A DNA stretch of 64,000 nucleotides from Cyanobacteria bacterium J06626_4. Its GTDB lineage: Bacteria > Cyanobacteriota > Cyanobacteriia > Phormidesmidales > Phormidesmidaceae. Shown here piece by piece: positions 12,173 to 22,761 of this stretch. Location: the NCBI GenBank assembly GCA_038523235.1, contig JBCBJQ010000019.1, positions 18,674 to 82,673 of the forward strand. The letters run 5' to 3'. How positions within the stretch are numbered: position 1 is the first letter of the stretch; every line of letters starts with the position of its first letter. The notes beneath the pieces were generated by a model. The model was given only the letters and a program-made list of their open reading frames with translations, was not told the DNA's origin and searched no databases. The position numbers were made by a program, and so were the translations under genes.

Positions 12173-12310
12173 AGAGTGGCCGGGTAGCAGGGGATGTTGG
12201 CGAAGCCTGCCCAGAGGGCTTGGGTGTTCCAATCACCGACCGCACCCACTCCACCGACTTCACCCAGCTACTCAGCTACCCAACCACCCAATTACTCCCC
12301 CATTCCGCCT

Positions 12311-12535
12311 ATGACTATAGCCACCCCCACGCCCACCGATATCGAGGCGCTGAAAAAGCAAATCAAGCGGCTCAACAGCAAAGCCGGTCAGATGAAGATG
12401 GATCTGCACGATATCGCTGAAGGACTGCCTAACGACCTGGAACAGCTGCCCGAGGCGGCAGCTCGCACCTACGACATCTACTGCCAACTGCGCGAACTCA
12501 AGCAGCAACTTAAAACTTTGGAGGCCAAGTCATGA
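12311..12535 (+). CDS. Rop-like nif protein (DUF683/CCE_0567 type)
   Basis: LKK.IKRLNSKAGQMKMDLHDIAEGLP. Confidence 0.88.
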   Translation: MTIATPTPTDIEALKKQIKRLNSKAGQMKMDLHDIAEGLPNDLEQLPEAAARTYDIYCQLRELKQQLKTLEAKS

Positions 12536-12843
12536 CCACCCTATCTCTATCCCAGTTCAACCAGTTGAAAGACGCCGAAGAATATTTTCAGTTTTTTGGC
12601 TTGAGCTACGACCCCCAGGTTGTCAACGTCAATCGTCTGCATATCCTGCGCAAGTTTTCGCAGTTTGTGCAGGAGGTTGATACTAACCAAAGCGAAGCGG
12701 AACTCCTTGCGGCCTACAGCCAGGAACTGCGCAACGCCTATGACCTGTTTTTGACCTCTAACTCAGTTGAGCAAAAGCTGTTCAAGGTGTTCCAAGACCG
12801 GCCCAGTAACGTGGTCATGGTGTCCGACATTGAGGTGGAATAA
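12532..12843 (+). CDS. nifW: NifW nitrogenase-stabilising protein
   Basis: AEEYFQFF.L.YDP.VVNVNRLHILRKF...QKLFKVFQ. Confidence 0.95.
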   Translation: MTTLSLSQFNQLKDAEEYFQFFGLSYDPQVVNVNRLHILRKFSQFVQEVDTNQSEAELLAAYSQELRNAYDLFLTSNSVEQKLFKVFQDRPSNVVMVSDIEVE

Positions 12844-12862
12844 CCTCACCTTGCTCCCTCTG

Positions 12863-12955
12863 GTAAGGGCGAGGCATCCCGTAAGGGCGAGGCATTCTCG
12901 GTATCACGTTTTTGGAAATGGCCGATCCGTTATTTCGAGAATGCCTCGCCCCTGC
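12863..12955. repeat. REP/MITE-like palindromic element, copy 2
   Basis: GGGCGAGGCATTCTCG (12885-12900) / CGAGAATGCCTCGCCC (12936-12951) perfect 16-bp inverted repeat, with an extra left arm at 12863-12877. Confidence 0.8.
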
Positions 12956-12996
12956 CTTGCCCCTCGACTCTCCACTCTCTACCCGCTACTCCCGCC

Positions 12997-13797
12997 ATGC
13001 TCCCCACCCTGACCCCCACTGAATGCGATCGCTACCGCCGCCAAATGATGCTGCCCGGTTTGGGTGAAACTGGCCAGCGACAGCTGAAAAACACGACCGC
13101 TCTGGTCACTGGGGTCGGGGGGCTCGGGGGCACGGCGGCGCTTTATCTGGCCGTCGCGGGGGTGGGTAAATTGATTCTCGTGCGGGGCGGGGATCTGCAG
13201 CGCGATGATCTCAACCGCCAGGTGTTGATGACCGATGACTGGGTGGGCCAGCCCCGTGTCTTTAAGGCTCAGGCCACGCTGCAGGCGTTAAACCCCGATA
13301 TTGAAATCGAGGCGGTGTGCGAATACGTCGATGCTGACAACATCGACGCCCTCGTACAGCGAGCTGATATTGCCCTCGACTGCGCCTTTGATTTCAAAGA
13401 ACGGGATCTGCTGAATGCGGCCTGTGTGCGCTGGGGCAAACCGATGGTAGAGGCCGCCATGAACAGCATGGAAGCCTATCTCACCACTATCGTGCCGGGG
13501 CAAACCCCCTGCCTCTCCTGCCTGTTCCCCGAAAAGCCCCAATGGGATCGCTGGGGTTTTGGGGTCTTAGGTGCGGTGTCGGGGACCCTGGCCTGCCTCG
13601 CTGCCCTAGAGGCGGTCAAGCTGCTGACTGGCCTAGGGGAACCGCTGACGGGGCAACTGCTCACGATGGATTTGGCCCGCGCCGAATTCGCTAAGCGGCG
13701 ACCCTACCACGATCCCAACTGTGTAGTGTGCGGCCCGCTATCACGTGAACGGCTGTCCGATCGCCCGACCGAAGTCACCCCAATTGCGCTCTGTTGA
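12997..13797 (+). CDS. hesA: HesA (ThiF/MoeB family)
   Basis: RYRRQMML, GVGGLGG, DLNRQ, CLSC and CVVC zinc motifs; follows nifW. Confidence 0.93.
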   Translation: MLPTLTPTECDRYRRQMMLPGLGETGQRQLKNTTALVTGVGGLGGTAALYLAVAGVGKLILVRGGDLQRDDLNRQVLMTDDWVGQPRVFKAQATLQALNPDIEIEAVCEYVDADNIDALVQRADIALDCAFDFKERDLLNAACVRWGKPMVEAAMNSMEAYLTTIVPGQTPCLSCLFPEKPQWDRWGFGVLGAVSGTLACLAALEAVKLLTGLGEPLTGQLLTMDLARAEFAKRRPYHDPNCVVCGPLSRERLSDRPTEVTPIALC

Positions 13798-13813
13798 GTT
13801 TGCCTGTTGTCCT

Positions 13814-14113
13814 ATGACCTGGATTGCCCTGTGTTTGTTTGGTCTGGCGGTTATCCTCTGGCGTCAGAGTCATCCCCAAACCGATGAAGTCCATAAACTG
13901 CTGTACCTCACGACAGCCCTGCTCAGCCTCATGGTGGGCCTGGCGATCGCCCCGCTGCTGCTCAAAATTTTGAGCCTGGCCACCTTGCTGGCCTATCCCG
14001 TTTGCACCAGCAATGATCGAGTGTTGAAGCCGAGTTGTTCTCGCTTCTGCCTATTGCGCCATCAGTGCAAACCCCCGCGCCAAATGATCCCGTTACCGTT
14101 CTCCCTGCGCTAG
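13814..14113 (+). CDS. Hypothetical small membrane protein with Cys-rich C-terminus
   Basis: 99-aa ORF filling the hesA-hesB gap on the operon strand; 2-3 hydrophobic segments, then C-x10-C-x3-C-x5-C. Confidence 0.6.
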   Translation: MTWIALCLFGLAVILWRQSHPQTDEVHKLLYLTTALLSLMVGLAIAPLLLKILSLATLLAYPVCTSNDRVLKPSCSRFCLLRHQCKPPRQMIPLPFSLR

Positions 14114-14177
14114 CCCTTGAGCGCAGTCCCGTCTGTTTTGATTGTCCTGATTCCAGTTATCTCAAAAGGAGACTCCC

Positions 14178-14549
14178 ATGGCCGTCACCCTCACCGAACT
14201 CGCTGAACTGCGTCTCCGCACCTTTGTGCGCGGTACGCCTGATTACACCCCCGAGCGCGGCATTCGCCTCGCCGTGAAAGATGGCGGCTGCAACGGCTAT
14301 GAATACGACATTAAAGTCGCTAATGCCCCCCACAGTGACGACGAAATCGTCAACTCTGGCACGCTCAAGGTGTTTATCGATCCCAAAAGCGCGCCGCTGC
14401 TCGACGGGGTGGTGGTGGACTACATCGATAGCCTGCTCGAAAGCGGCTTTAAATTCACTAACCCCAACGCGGCTGATACCTGCGGTTGTGGCAAATCCTT
14501 CCAAGCGGCAGGTGATTGCAGCACCCCGGCTGGCGTGCCCTGCTCCTAA
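14178..14549 (+). CDS. hesB: HesB (IscA-type Fe-S carrier)
   Basis: [33 protein letters not shown]. Confidence 0.95.
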   Translation: MAVTLTELAELRLRTFVRGTPDYTPERGIRLAVKDGGCNGYEYDIKVANAPHSDDEIVNSGTLKVFIDPKSAPLLDGVVVDYIDSLLESGFKFTNPNAADTCGCGKSFQAAGDCSTPAGVPCS

Positions 14550-14653
14550 GCTCGGCCACGACGAGCGTTGAGCCAGCATTGACCCTCACTGCAAACGGGC
14601 CTCCGCTCCTCTCTTTTTCCGTCTTGCTACTCCCCTCCCCCCGGAGAAATTCC

Positions 14654-14953
14654 ATGACAACTTACCAAGTCCGTCTGATCAACAAAAAGCGGCAAATCGA
14701 CGTGACGATTCCCGTCGATGAAGACACCTACATCCTTGATGCCGCTGAAGAACAGGATCTTGATCTGCCATTTTCCTGCCGGGCTGGCGCTTGCTCTAGC
14801 TGTGTCGGCAAAGTCGTCGAAGGCGAGGTCGATCAAGAAGACCAGTCGTTCCTTGATGACGCCCAAATTGAGAAAGGCAACGTTTTGCTCTGTGTTGCCT
14901 ATCCGCGCTCTGATCTGACCATCAAGACCCATATGGAAGCGTATTTGGTCTAA
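14654..14953 (+). CDS. fdxH: [2Fe-2S] ferredoxin FdxH
   Basis: YQVRLINKK (FdxH-type KK), [22 protein letters not shown]; follows hesB. Confidence 0.9.
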   Translation: MTTYQVRLINKKRQIDVTIPVDEDTYILDAAEEQDLDLPFSCRAGACSSCVGKVVEGEVDQEDQSFLDDAQIEKGNVLLCVAYPRSDLTIKTHMEAYLV

Positions 14954-15071
14954 ACGGCGCTGGCGGGCTAGGGCATCTCTCCTCTGCCTTTTGCCCTGGC
15001 CCTGGCGATGCGCCTGTGCCCTCGCTTCAACCAGCTTGTCTCAATCTTGCACCCCAATAAGGAGTCGAACC

Positions 15072-15602
15072 ATGGCAAAAATTGGACTGTTTTACGGCAG
15101 CACCTCTGGTGTCACTGAAGAAATTGCCGAAAAGATACAGGAAGCGATCGGTGAAGACGTCTGCGACGTTTACAGCATGGAAGAAGATTTTGACGACGTT
15201 GACGATTTGCTGAAGTACGACTACTTGCTGCTTGGCTGCTCGACTTGGGGCGCGGGCGAAGTGCAAAACGACTGGCGCGAACCGCTGTTCGATATCGAGG
15301 TCGATAAGCCCGACTTTTCGGGCAAAACGATCGCCCTCTTTGGCCCCGGCGATTGCCAAGGTCATAGCAAGCACTTTGTCGGTGCCCTCGGCACGCTGTA
15401 TGAGCAATTTAAAGCCGTCGGCGCGAAGCTGGTGGGTGCAGTCTCAGCGGCTGACTATGAGTTTGAAAAGTCAACGGCGATTCGCGATGATAAGTTTGTG
15501 GGCCTCCCCCTCGATGAGGTCAACGAAAGTGAAAAAACCGACCAGCGCATTGCTGATTGGCTAGAACTGCTCAAGGCCGATTTTCCGATTCCGGCAACCT
15601 GA
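15072..15602 (+). CDS. Long-chain flavodoxin (NifF/FldA-like)
   Basis: MAKIGLFYGSTSGVTE, GCSTWGAGEVQ, ALFG.GD, FVGLPLDE.NE...TD.RI..W. Confidence 0.9.
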   Translation: MAKIGLFYGSTSGVTEEIAEKIQEAIGEDVCDVYSMEEDFDDVDDLLKYDYLLLGCSTWGAGEVQNDWREPLFDIEVDKPDFSGKTIALFGPGDCQGHSKHFVGALGTLYEQFKAVGAKLVGAVSAADYEFEKSTAIRDDKFVGLPLDEVNESEKTDQRIADWLELLKADFPIPAT

Positions 15603-15860
15603 CCGGGCTGATCTGAGTCCCGGCGTGTCCCCTGTCTGCCCCGGTGGTTTGATCCGCCCCGGCAGGCGGGGGCTCGCCGCCCCTCGCAGGCTCTCTCGGA
15701 TTGATAGATAGGTAGGTCGGCATTGACTGCGATAGCGGTGGTGCCTCAACCTCAGTCTGGGCTTCATCGCTGCCTCCCTTGAGAGACGGTCACTGGATAC
15801 GTGGTCGTCTCTTAGGACTACTCACCTCACGGCAGGACGAGCAAGCTCGTTGACACGATA

Positions 15861-16532
15861 ATGTCTGATTTTTTGAAGCGATGGCCTCTCCCCACAGCTT
15901 CCGCCACACCCGCGGATGCCGCCCATTTTCAGCGCCGCTGGACCGACTACTATCAGGCTGTTAAGGGGCGTCCCCCGCGTGCCACCTTGGTGACCGCCCT
16001 CGATCATTTCGACTCAGCGGCGACGACCGCTCGCACGGTGTTGGGCAATGCCATTGACCTGGGCTGCGGCGATGGCCGCGACACAGTAGAACTGCTGCGG
16101 CGTAACTGGCGGGTGTTGGCGATTGATGGTGAGCCGGAAGCGATCGCTCAGCTGCGCCAACGCCCCGACATCGATCGCACCTATTTAGAAACGCGGGTGC
16201 AAAAATTTGAGGACATTGTGCTGCCGCCCGATGTTGACTTGATCAATGCCAGCTTCTGTCTACCCTTTTGTGCGCCCGATCAGTTCGGTGAACTCTGGGA
16301 AGAAATTGTGCTGGCCCTCAAGGGCGGCGGTCGATTTTGCGGTCATCTCTTTGGCGATCGCGATTCTTGGGCAACCTATGGCGACATCACCTCCCACACG
16401 CGATCGCAGGTGGAAACCTTATTGCAGCCCTTCACCATTGAACTGCTAGATGAGGAAGATCACCCCGGCAAAACCGCTCTGGGTGATGAAAAGCACTGGC
16501 ATCTGTTCAACATCGTGGCTCGCAAGCGTTAG
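15861..16532 (+). CDS. Class I SAM-dependent methyltransferase
   Basis: AIDLGCGDGRD motif I; GGRFCGHLFG. Confidence 0.85.
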   Translation: MSDFLKRWPLPTASATPADAAHFQRRWTDYYQAVKGRPPRATLVTALDHFDSAATTARTVLGNAIDLGCGDGRDTVELLRRNWRVLAIDGEPEAIAQLRQRPDIDRTYLETRVQKFEDIVLPPDVDLINASFCLPFCAPDQFGELWEEIVLALKGGGRFCGHLFGDRDSWATYGDITSHTRSQVETLLQPFTIELLDEEDHPGKTALGDEKHWHLFNIVARKR

Positions 16533-16898
16533 CGGGCTGAGAGAGCATCCCAATTTGATATTTTTAGTTCTGATTGCGGGCAAGATGTCCGTCCTAAACG
16601 CATGGATGGATTGGCAAATCTGGGAGGTGCCCGAGCTTAGGTCAACCGGCAGTAGTGGGATAACGATTGCTTGAACTTGAATACTCCAATGCCCAAAGTC
16701 TCTATGTCTAAATCAAGGCAGGTCCAGGAAAGGCAGCGGTATCCGACATAAAAGTCTTGCAAAATGCTTTAGAGGCAATTGGTGAAACAGTTGCAGAGAT
16801 GCGATCGCCCGGCAAAATCTGTCCCCTGATCAGCCAACTGGAGAAGAGACGCGGTAAGATCTGAAACCGCTGGTATTTCGCTCAGGTTACCGTTCGCT

Positions 16899-18254
16899 AT
16901 GTCTACTGCTGCTCGCCGCTATCACGTCACGACCTTTGGCTGCCAGATGAACAAAGCTGACTCTGAGCGCATGTCTGGCATTTTAGAAACCATGGGCATG
17001 ACCTGGGAAGCCGACCCGCTCCAGGCTGATGTCGTGCTATACAACACCTGCACCATTCGCGACAACGCCGAACAAAAGGTGTATTCCTACCTGGGGCGAC
17101 AGGCCAAACGCAAGCAGCAAGACCCTAATCTGATGCTGATTGTGGCGGGCTGTGTCGCTCAACAAGAAGGAGAAGCGCTGCTGCGTCGAGTCCCTGAACT
17201 CGACTTGGTGATGGGGCCACAGCATGCCAACCGTTTAGAAGATTTGCTGACGCAGGCGATGGCCGGGAGTCAGGTCGTCGCGACCGAAGCCGTCCACATT
17301 ATGGAAGACATCACTCAACCCCGCCGCGATAGCGACGTCACCGCTTGGGTAAATGTGATCTACGGCTGCAATGAGCGCTGCACCTATTGCGTGGTGCCGG
17401 GCGTGCGCGGGGTGGAGCAATCACGCACCCCGGAAGCGATTCGGGCGGAGATGGAAACGCTGGCGAGCCAAGGCTTCAAAGAGGTCACCCTGCTAGGTCA
17501 AAACATTGATGCCTATGGCCGTGACCTGCCCGGCATCACCGCTGAGGGCCGGCGGCAAAATACACTCACCGATCTGCTCTACTTCGTTCACGACATTCCG
17601 GGCATTGAACGGATTCGCTTTGCCACCAGCCACCCCCGCTACTTTACGGAGCGGCTGATTCAGGCCTGTGCCGAGCTGCCCAAGGTCTGCGAGCATTTTC
17701 ATATCCCCTTTCAGTCGGGCGACAATGACCTGCTCAAGGCCATGGCGCGGGGCTATACCCACGAAAAATACCGCCGCATTATCGAGACCATTCGCCGCTA
17801 TATGCCCGATGCCTCGATCAGCGCCGATGCGATCGTCGGCTTTCCCGGTGAAACCGAAGAACAGTTTCAAAACACGCTGACGCTGGTGCAGGATCTGGAG
17901 TTTGACTTGATCAACACCGCGGCCTATTCACCGCGCCCGAATACCCCTGCGGCCCTGTGGGACAATCAGCTCAGTGAAACCGAGAAAAGCGATCGCCTGC
18001 AGCGGATCAACCATCTCGTCAATCAAAAAGCCGCCGAGCGATCGCAGCGCTATGCGGGTCGGGTCGAGGAGATCTTGGTCGAAGCCGTCAATCCTCGCGA
18101 TCCGTCTCAGGTGATGGGCCGCACGCGGGGCAATCGTCTCACCTTTTTTGCCGGTGACATTGCTGACCTCAAGGGCCAGCTAGTCAACGTGCGCATCACG
18201 GAAATCCGTGCCTTTAGCCTGACTGGGGAGCAGCTAACGCCAGTTCCCGCCTAA
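16899..18254 (+). CDS. miaB: tRNA methylthiotransferase MiaB
   Basis: [29 protein letters not shown] radical SAM motif, TRAM domain. Confidence 0.97.
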   Translation: MSTAARRYHVTTFGCQMNKADSERMSGILETMGMTWEADPLQADVVLYNTCTIRDNAEQKVYSYLGRQAKRKQQDPNLMLIVAGCVAQQEGEALLRRVPELDLVMGPQHANRLEDLLTQAMAGSQVVATEAVHIMEDITQPRRDSDVTAWVNVIYGCNERCTYCVVPGVRGVEQSRTPEAIRAEMETLASQGFKEVTLLGQNIDAYGRDLPGITAEGRRQNTLTDLLYFVHDIPGIERIRFATSHPRYFTERLIQACAELPKVCEHFHIPFQSGDNDLLKAMARGYTHEKYRRIIETIRRYMPDASISADAIVGFPGETEEQFQNTLTLVQDLEFDLINTAAYSPRPNTPAALWDNQLSETEKSDRLQRINHLVNQKAAERSQRYAGRVEEILVEAVNPRDPSQVMGRTRGNRLTFFAGDIADLKGQLVNVRITEIRAFSLTGEQLTPVPA

Positions 18255-18473
18255 CAGATTTACTCATGATCCCTGTCTGCGATGCCATCAGTTCGAGGTA
18301 AAGCGGGCGATGGCTGGATACGGTGTGAATCTGTGACGATCGCAGCCAAGTCCATCGCTGGATCAGTATGCTAGAGACCGACGCTAACCCCTTTGGGCGA
18401 TGCTTTCATCTGCGGAGCATCTGAAACGACCAATCAGAGAGTTGCGTCAGCAGCGGTTCAGGGGAAATATTTC

Positions 18474-18740
18474 ATGCCGTGGTTCGTCAAAATTGAACGA
18501 GGCATCATTGAGAAAGCCACCTTTGATCAATACGTGCCCGACCATGTGACCTATGTGAAATCACTCATCGCTGACGGTCACCAGGCGCGCACGGGCTATT
18601 GGGCCGAGCGGGGTGGCGGCATGCTGATCTTTGAGGCAGCAGATTTGGCAGCGGCTCAAGCCATTGTGCAGGCCGACCCGCTGATCGCTCACGGCTGCGT
18701 TGAGTACGAACTGCACGAATGGTGCATTGTGGTGGAGTAA
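18474..18740 (+). CDS. YciI family protein
   Basis: MPWFVKIE, H..Y, GGGMLIF.A, DPL; start refined to ATG 18474. Confidence 0.85.
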   Translation: MPWFVKIERGIIEKATFDQYVPDHVTYVKSLIADGHQARTGYWAERGGGMLIFEAADLAAAQAIVQADPLIAHGCVEYELHEWCIVVE

Positions 18741-18749
18741 GAGAAGGAT

Positions 18750-19220
18750 ATGGCAGATTCGAGTGACGGCTACAAAATCCTGAGTGACAACCGTCAAGCC
18801 CGCTTTCAGTACGAAATTCTCGAAACGTTCGAGGCGGGTCTAGAGCTTAAAGGCACTGAGGTTAAATCAATTCGGGCGGGCAAAGCGAATTTGAGAGACG
18901 GCTTTGCGCAAGTGCGCGGCAATGAAGCCTGGCTGCACAATGTGCATATTTCGCCCCATAACACCACGATTCAGCAGTACAATCACGACCCGCGTCGAGT
19001 CCGCAAGCTGCTGTTGCATAAGGGTGAAATTCGTAAGCTGATTGGTCAGGTCGAGCAAAAAGGTCTGACTTTGGTGCCGCTCAAAATCTATCTGACCCGC
19101 GGTTGGGTCAAAGTGACGATCGCTCTGGCAAAAGGCAAAAAGCTGCACGACAAGCGCGATTCGCTGAAGCGTAAGCAAGAGAAACGCGAAGTGGAACGGG
19201 CACTCAAAAGCCGCGACTAA
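18750..19220 (+). CDS. smpB: SsrA-binding protein
   Basis: [28 protein letters not shown]. Confidence 0.98.
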   Translation: MADSSDGYKILSDNRQARFQYEILETFEAGLELKGTEVKSIRAGKANLRDGFAQVRGNEAWLHNVHISPHNTTIQQYNHDPRRVRKLLLHKGEIRKLIGQVEQKGLTLVPLKIYLTRGWVKVTIALAKGKKLHDKRDSLKRKQEKREVERALKSRD

Positions 19221-19226
19221 GGGATC

Positions 19227-20255
19227 TCATCGGTAGGGTGGCTTTTGAATCGTGAAAGAATCGAAAGAGGGGGGCGGTGCCTGAGCTGTGGCCTGGCGCG
19301 ATCGCGACTGTGGAAAATAGCGATGCACCAACTTGTTGTACTGTCCGCCTAGCAGCAGGCCCATCGTGCAGCAATACAGCACCAGCTGACTCAACAGAAC
19401 CACACTCATCATGCTGTAGAGCCAGTGGTGATTCATCACGCTACCCAGCTGCAGCCTAAACATCCCCGCCGTCAACAGCCAAATACCCGTGGCAAAAACC
19501 GTCCCCGGTAAGATCGGTGTCGCTCGGGCAGAGGACTTTTGACTCGTGCGATAGAGCAGCCCAAACACCAAGGCAGTGGTGGAGGCGGCCAAACACCACC
19601 GCAAGACTTGCGCAAACAGATGCTGCACAAAATTAAAGAGGGGAGACTCAGTCGCCCCTTGCAGGCTAACGGGCATGGCCATCAAGACGCAGCCTAAAGC
19701 CAACAGCGTCAGACCGGCGCTCACTCCGGCCACCAATACCGTGGTGAGTCGCTGTCGCAGCGATGGCACCAAATGCGAAGCCAAATCACCATCAGAGCGG
19801 ATGATTTGCTGCGCTAGCCCCACGACTTTGAGCCACAGGCTCAGGCCCAAACTGGCAGCCACAATCAACAATCCCCAGCGATGCCAGAGCTGCCATGCCG
19901 TTTGGGTTTGCGTGATTAGTGTGGTGATGGTGGGGGCGAGGTCAGGCAACCATTGGTTCAGCCCCACTGTGATAAACAGACTCACGCTCTCGTTGAGGGT
20001 CGCCGCTGCGAGCACCGCCAAACCGCCAAACAACCAACAGCAGGCAATGCCGTAGGCGATCGCGGCCCCTTTTAACCAGTAGCGATGCCGCGCCGCCTGC
20101 AGCAGCAAGGCCCGCCACAGCAAAAGATTTAAGTAGCTACCGGCGGTACGTTTGACCGGTGGCGGCGGCGTAGTCGCCGGTGGCAGCTGATAGGTCGTGG
20201 CGGGCGGTGGCTCTGGCGGCTGTGAAGAAAACTGACGGGAGGGAGGCAGAGACAT
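19227..20255 (-). CDS. Membrane protein, YihY/BrkB-like
   Basis: Several transmembrane segments, AAIAY, LY, PGT.FAT..W, LLLGGQ.N patterns; divergent. Confidence 0.65.
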   Translation of the reverse strand: MSLPPSRQFSSQPPEPPPATTYQLPPATTPPPPVKRTAGSYLNLLLWRALLLQAARHRYWLKGAAIAYGIACCWLFGGLAVLAAATLNESVSLFITVGLNQWLPDLAPTITTLITQTQTAWQLWHRWGLLIVAASLGLSLWLKVVGLAQQIIRSDGDLASHLVPSLRQRLTTVLVAGVSAGLTLLALGCVLMAMPVSLQGATESPLFNFVQHLFAQVLRWCLAASTTALVFGLLYRTSQKSSARATPILPGTVFATGIWLLTAGMFRLQLGSVMNHHWLYSMMSVVLLSQLVLYCCTMGLLLGGQYNKLVHRYFPQSRSRQATAQAPPPSFDSFTIQKPPYR

Positions 20256-20679
20256 GGCAACCGAGCTGAGCAGGTTTGTCGCAGGATAATTGTGCAGGCT
20301 GACTAAGCAGCACTGACGTTAGCCGTCATTATGCAACGACAGACAGAAACGTGCCTGGGTAGAGTGGGTATTCGTTCTCACTGCGACAGATTTTTAACAT
20401 GGGGGATGGGGCATCAACAGACCGCCCAAAAGCCGAGAACCAACTTAATTGAATCAGGCCGACCCCGAACCCCTAAATAAACTCAGGCAGAAAAAAGCGC
20501 AACTTCCGCAGATTATCAGGGAATTCTGCGCCATAGGTTGTAAAAAGGAACGTTGAGTCAGCCGATTAGGAGATTCTCATTCTCCTGATGAGTGGGGCTG
20601 GTTTAATGGTTGGAGATTTTGTGGTTTCCGGGTTCCTACCGGTTGATGATGTTGATTGGGCACATAGAGGCGCTCTGGT

Positions 20680-22761
20680 ATGAGTAAGTTTGCAAAATTT
20701 GTGGTGTGGTTGGGAGTCGGTGTCTGCACGAGCGTATTGCTGGTTGGTGCGCCCGCCCTGTTTAAGGTGGGGCAGGGGGCGATCGCGACCCCGCAGCGCC
20801 TAACGGCAACGGTGCCGGCTGCAGCGATCGCCCAACAAACGGGGGATCTTGGCATTCCTCAAGACTTTGAACCGGCAGCTCCGGGGAATTTTCCTTCCCG
20901 CGATCTTCGCTTCCAGTCTGAAGATCCGGCCGACCAAATTGCCCCGCCGGGCCTGCTGGTGCGTCCCGGTGATGCGCCCATTTCGCATTTCTTTGGCCTG
21001 CGCATGCAAAAGGAATTGGATAGCCTGGTAGGCCGATTTGAAAGTGCCCTCTTTTTAGCCAGCGCGGCCGATCAGCCCACTCAAGTACAGCTGCCTACCG
21101 TCAACGCTGCCGTCACCACTAGCGAAGACAAATCTTTGGTCGCCAGTAGTGGTGGGGCCACCTCACCCGTGTTACAAGAAGCCCGACAGCTTCGACAAGA
21201 CTGGCCCGGACTCCTCGAAAATCAGGCCTATGGTGAAGCCCGCACGCGGTGGCTGCAGGTGCGCGAAAACCTCTGGGCAAATTTTCCCCTCGATCGACCC
21301 TTCGCGCAGCCCGAGATTCGGTCCATGTGGCTCGATCGCGGCAGCATTGTGCGGGCCGGTTCACGCCCGCAATTGGCAGCACTGTTCGACAACATGCAGG
21401 CGTCGGGCATCAACACTGTCTTTTTTGAAACCGTAAATGCGGGCTACCCCATCTATCGCAGCCGCGTGGCCCCGCAGCAAAATCCGCTGACGGAGGGGTG
21501 GGATCCCCTGGCCGATGCGGTCGAACTGGCTCACGATCGCGGCATGGAACTACACGCCTGGATTTGGGTGTTTGCGGCGGGCAATCAGCGCCACAACGCC
21601 ATTATGAACAAGTCCGATGACTTTCTTGGGCCGTCGTTGGCGGGTAATCCAGACTGGGTGGGCTACGACCAAGATGGTCGGCCAATTCCGCTGGGGCAGA
21701 CCAAGGCGTTTTATGACCCCGCTAACCCCGAAGTGCGCGAATATTTGCTGCAGCTCGTTGATGAAATCATCAGCGATTACGATGTCGATGGCTTGCAGCT
21801 CGATTACATTCGCTATCCCTTTCAAGATCCGTCGGCAGAACGCAGCTACGGCTACGGCATTGCGGCCCGGCGCGAGTTTCGCCGCCAAACCGGCGTTGAC
21901 CCGATTAACCTAACGCCGACGACCGATGCTTGGGCCCCTCGGGCTGAGCGCGAACGCCAGCGATCGCTCTGGGAAGCCTGGAATGCCTTCCGGATCGAAC
22001 AGGTAACCAGCTTTGTCGCCGAAACCTCGCAGCTGGTGCGCAGCAAACGCCCCGACGTGATTCTCTCGGCGGCTGTCTTTGCCATGCCCGAGCGCGAGCG
22101 ACTACAAAAAATTCAGCAGGATTGGACGGCCTGGGCCCAAGACGGCCTGGTTGATTGGATTGTGCTGATGAGCTACGCCCAAGACGCCAATCGGTTTGCG
22201 GAAATGATCAATCCCTGGGTCGTGGAGCAAGACTACGGCTCGACCCTGGTGATTCCTGGCATGCGCTTGTTGGGCATGCCGGTGCCGGTCATGATTGACC
22301 AGTTGCAGACCCTGAGAGATATGCCCGCCACCGGCTATGCTCTGTTTGCCACCGACAACCTAGACAGTCGTATTCAAACGGTGCTCAACCAGACCCAAGG
22401 CAGCCATCACAACGCGGTGCCCCAAACTAATGCCTACGCGACCGCTGCAGCGCGTTTTGCTGCCCTGCAACAAGAGTGGAACTGGCTCTTGGCCAATGGT
22501 CAAATGACCCTCCAGCCGCGACTCGCTGATCGCTGGCTCGCCGACGTCAATACGGTGGGAGCCAGTTTGGCGACGCTGGCGAATGATCCGGCATTGGCCT
22601 CATCTGCTGTGCAGGCCCAGGTCAGCGACCTCCAGCGAAATGTTGGGGTTGGCGTTGAGCTAGAAACTGCGACCTCTACTGACTATCGGTTTACGACCTG
22701 GAAGAACCGCTTAGAAGCAATCAATCGCTTTTTGGTCTACGGTGACGCGAAGCGGAGCTAG
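20680..22761 (+). CDS. Exported glycoside hydrolase-like family 10 (GHL10/DUF187) protein
   Basis: N-terminal signal or anchor; EIRSMWLD, GINTVFFET...GY, DPL...VELAH.RGMELHAW, DGLQLDYIRYP. Confidence 0.88.
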   Translation: MSKFAKFVVWLGVGVCTSVLLVGAPALFKVGQGAIATPQRLTATVPAAAIAQQTGDLGIPQDFEPAAPGNFPSRDLRFQSEDPADQIAPPGLLVRPGDAPISHFFGLRMQKELDSLVGRFESALFLASAADQPTQVQLPTVNAAVTTSEDKSLVASSGGATSPVLQEARQLRQDWPGLLENQAYGEARTRWLQVRENLWANFPLDRPFAQPEIRSMWLDRGSIVRAGSRPQLAALFDNMQASGINTVFFETVNAGYPIYRSRVAPQQNPLTEGWDPLADAVELAHDRGMELHAWIWVFAAGNQRHNAIMNKSDDFLGPSLAGNPDWVGYDQDGRPIPLGQTKAFYDPANPEVREYLLQLVDEIISDYDVDGLQLDYIRYPFQDPSAERSYGYGIAARREFRRQTGVDPINLTPTTDAWAPRAERERQRSLWEAWNAFRIEQVTSFVAETSQLVRSKRPDVILSAAVFAMPERERLQKIQQDWTAWAQDGLVDWIVLMSYAQDANRFAEMINPWVVEQDYGSTLVIPGMRLLGMPVPVMIDQLQTLRDMPATGYALFATDNLDSRIQTVLNQTQGSHHNAVPQTNAYATAAARFAALQQEWNWLLANGQMTLQPRLADRWLADVNTVGASLATLANDPALASSAVQAQVSDLQRNVGVGVELETATSTDYRFTTWKNRLEAINRFLVYGDAKRS

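Noticed and set aside
12173..12310. N-terminal extension of the DUF683 ORF and the C-rich repeats there
   Set aside because: Degenerate short tandem repeats common in cyanobacterial spacers; the likely start is 12311
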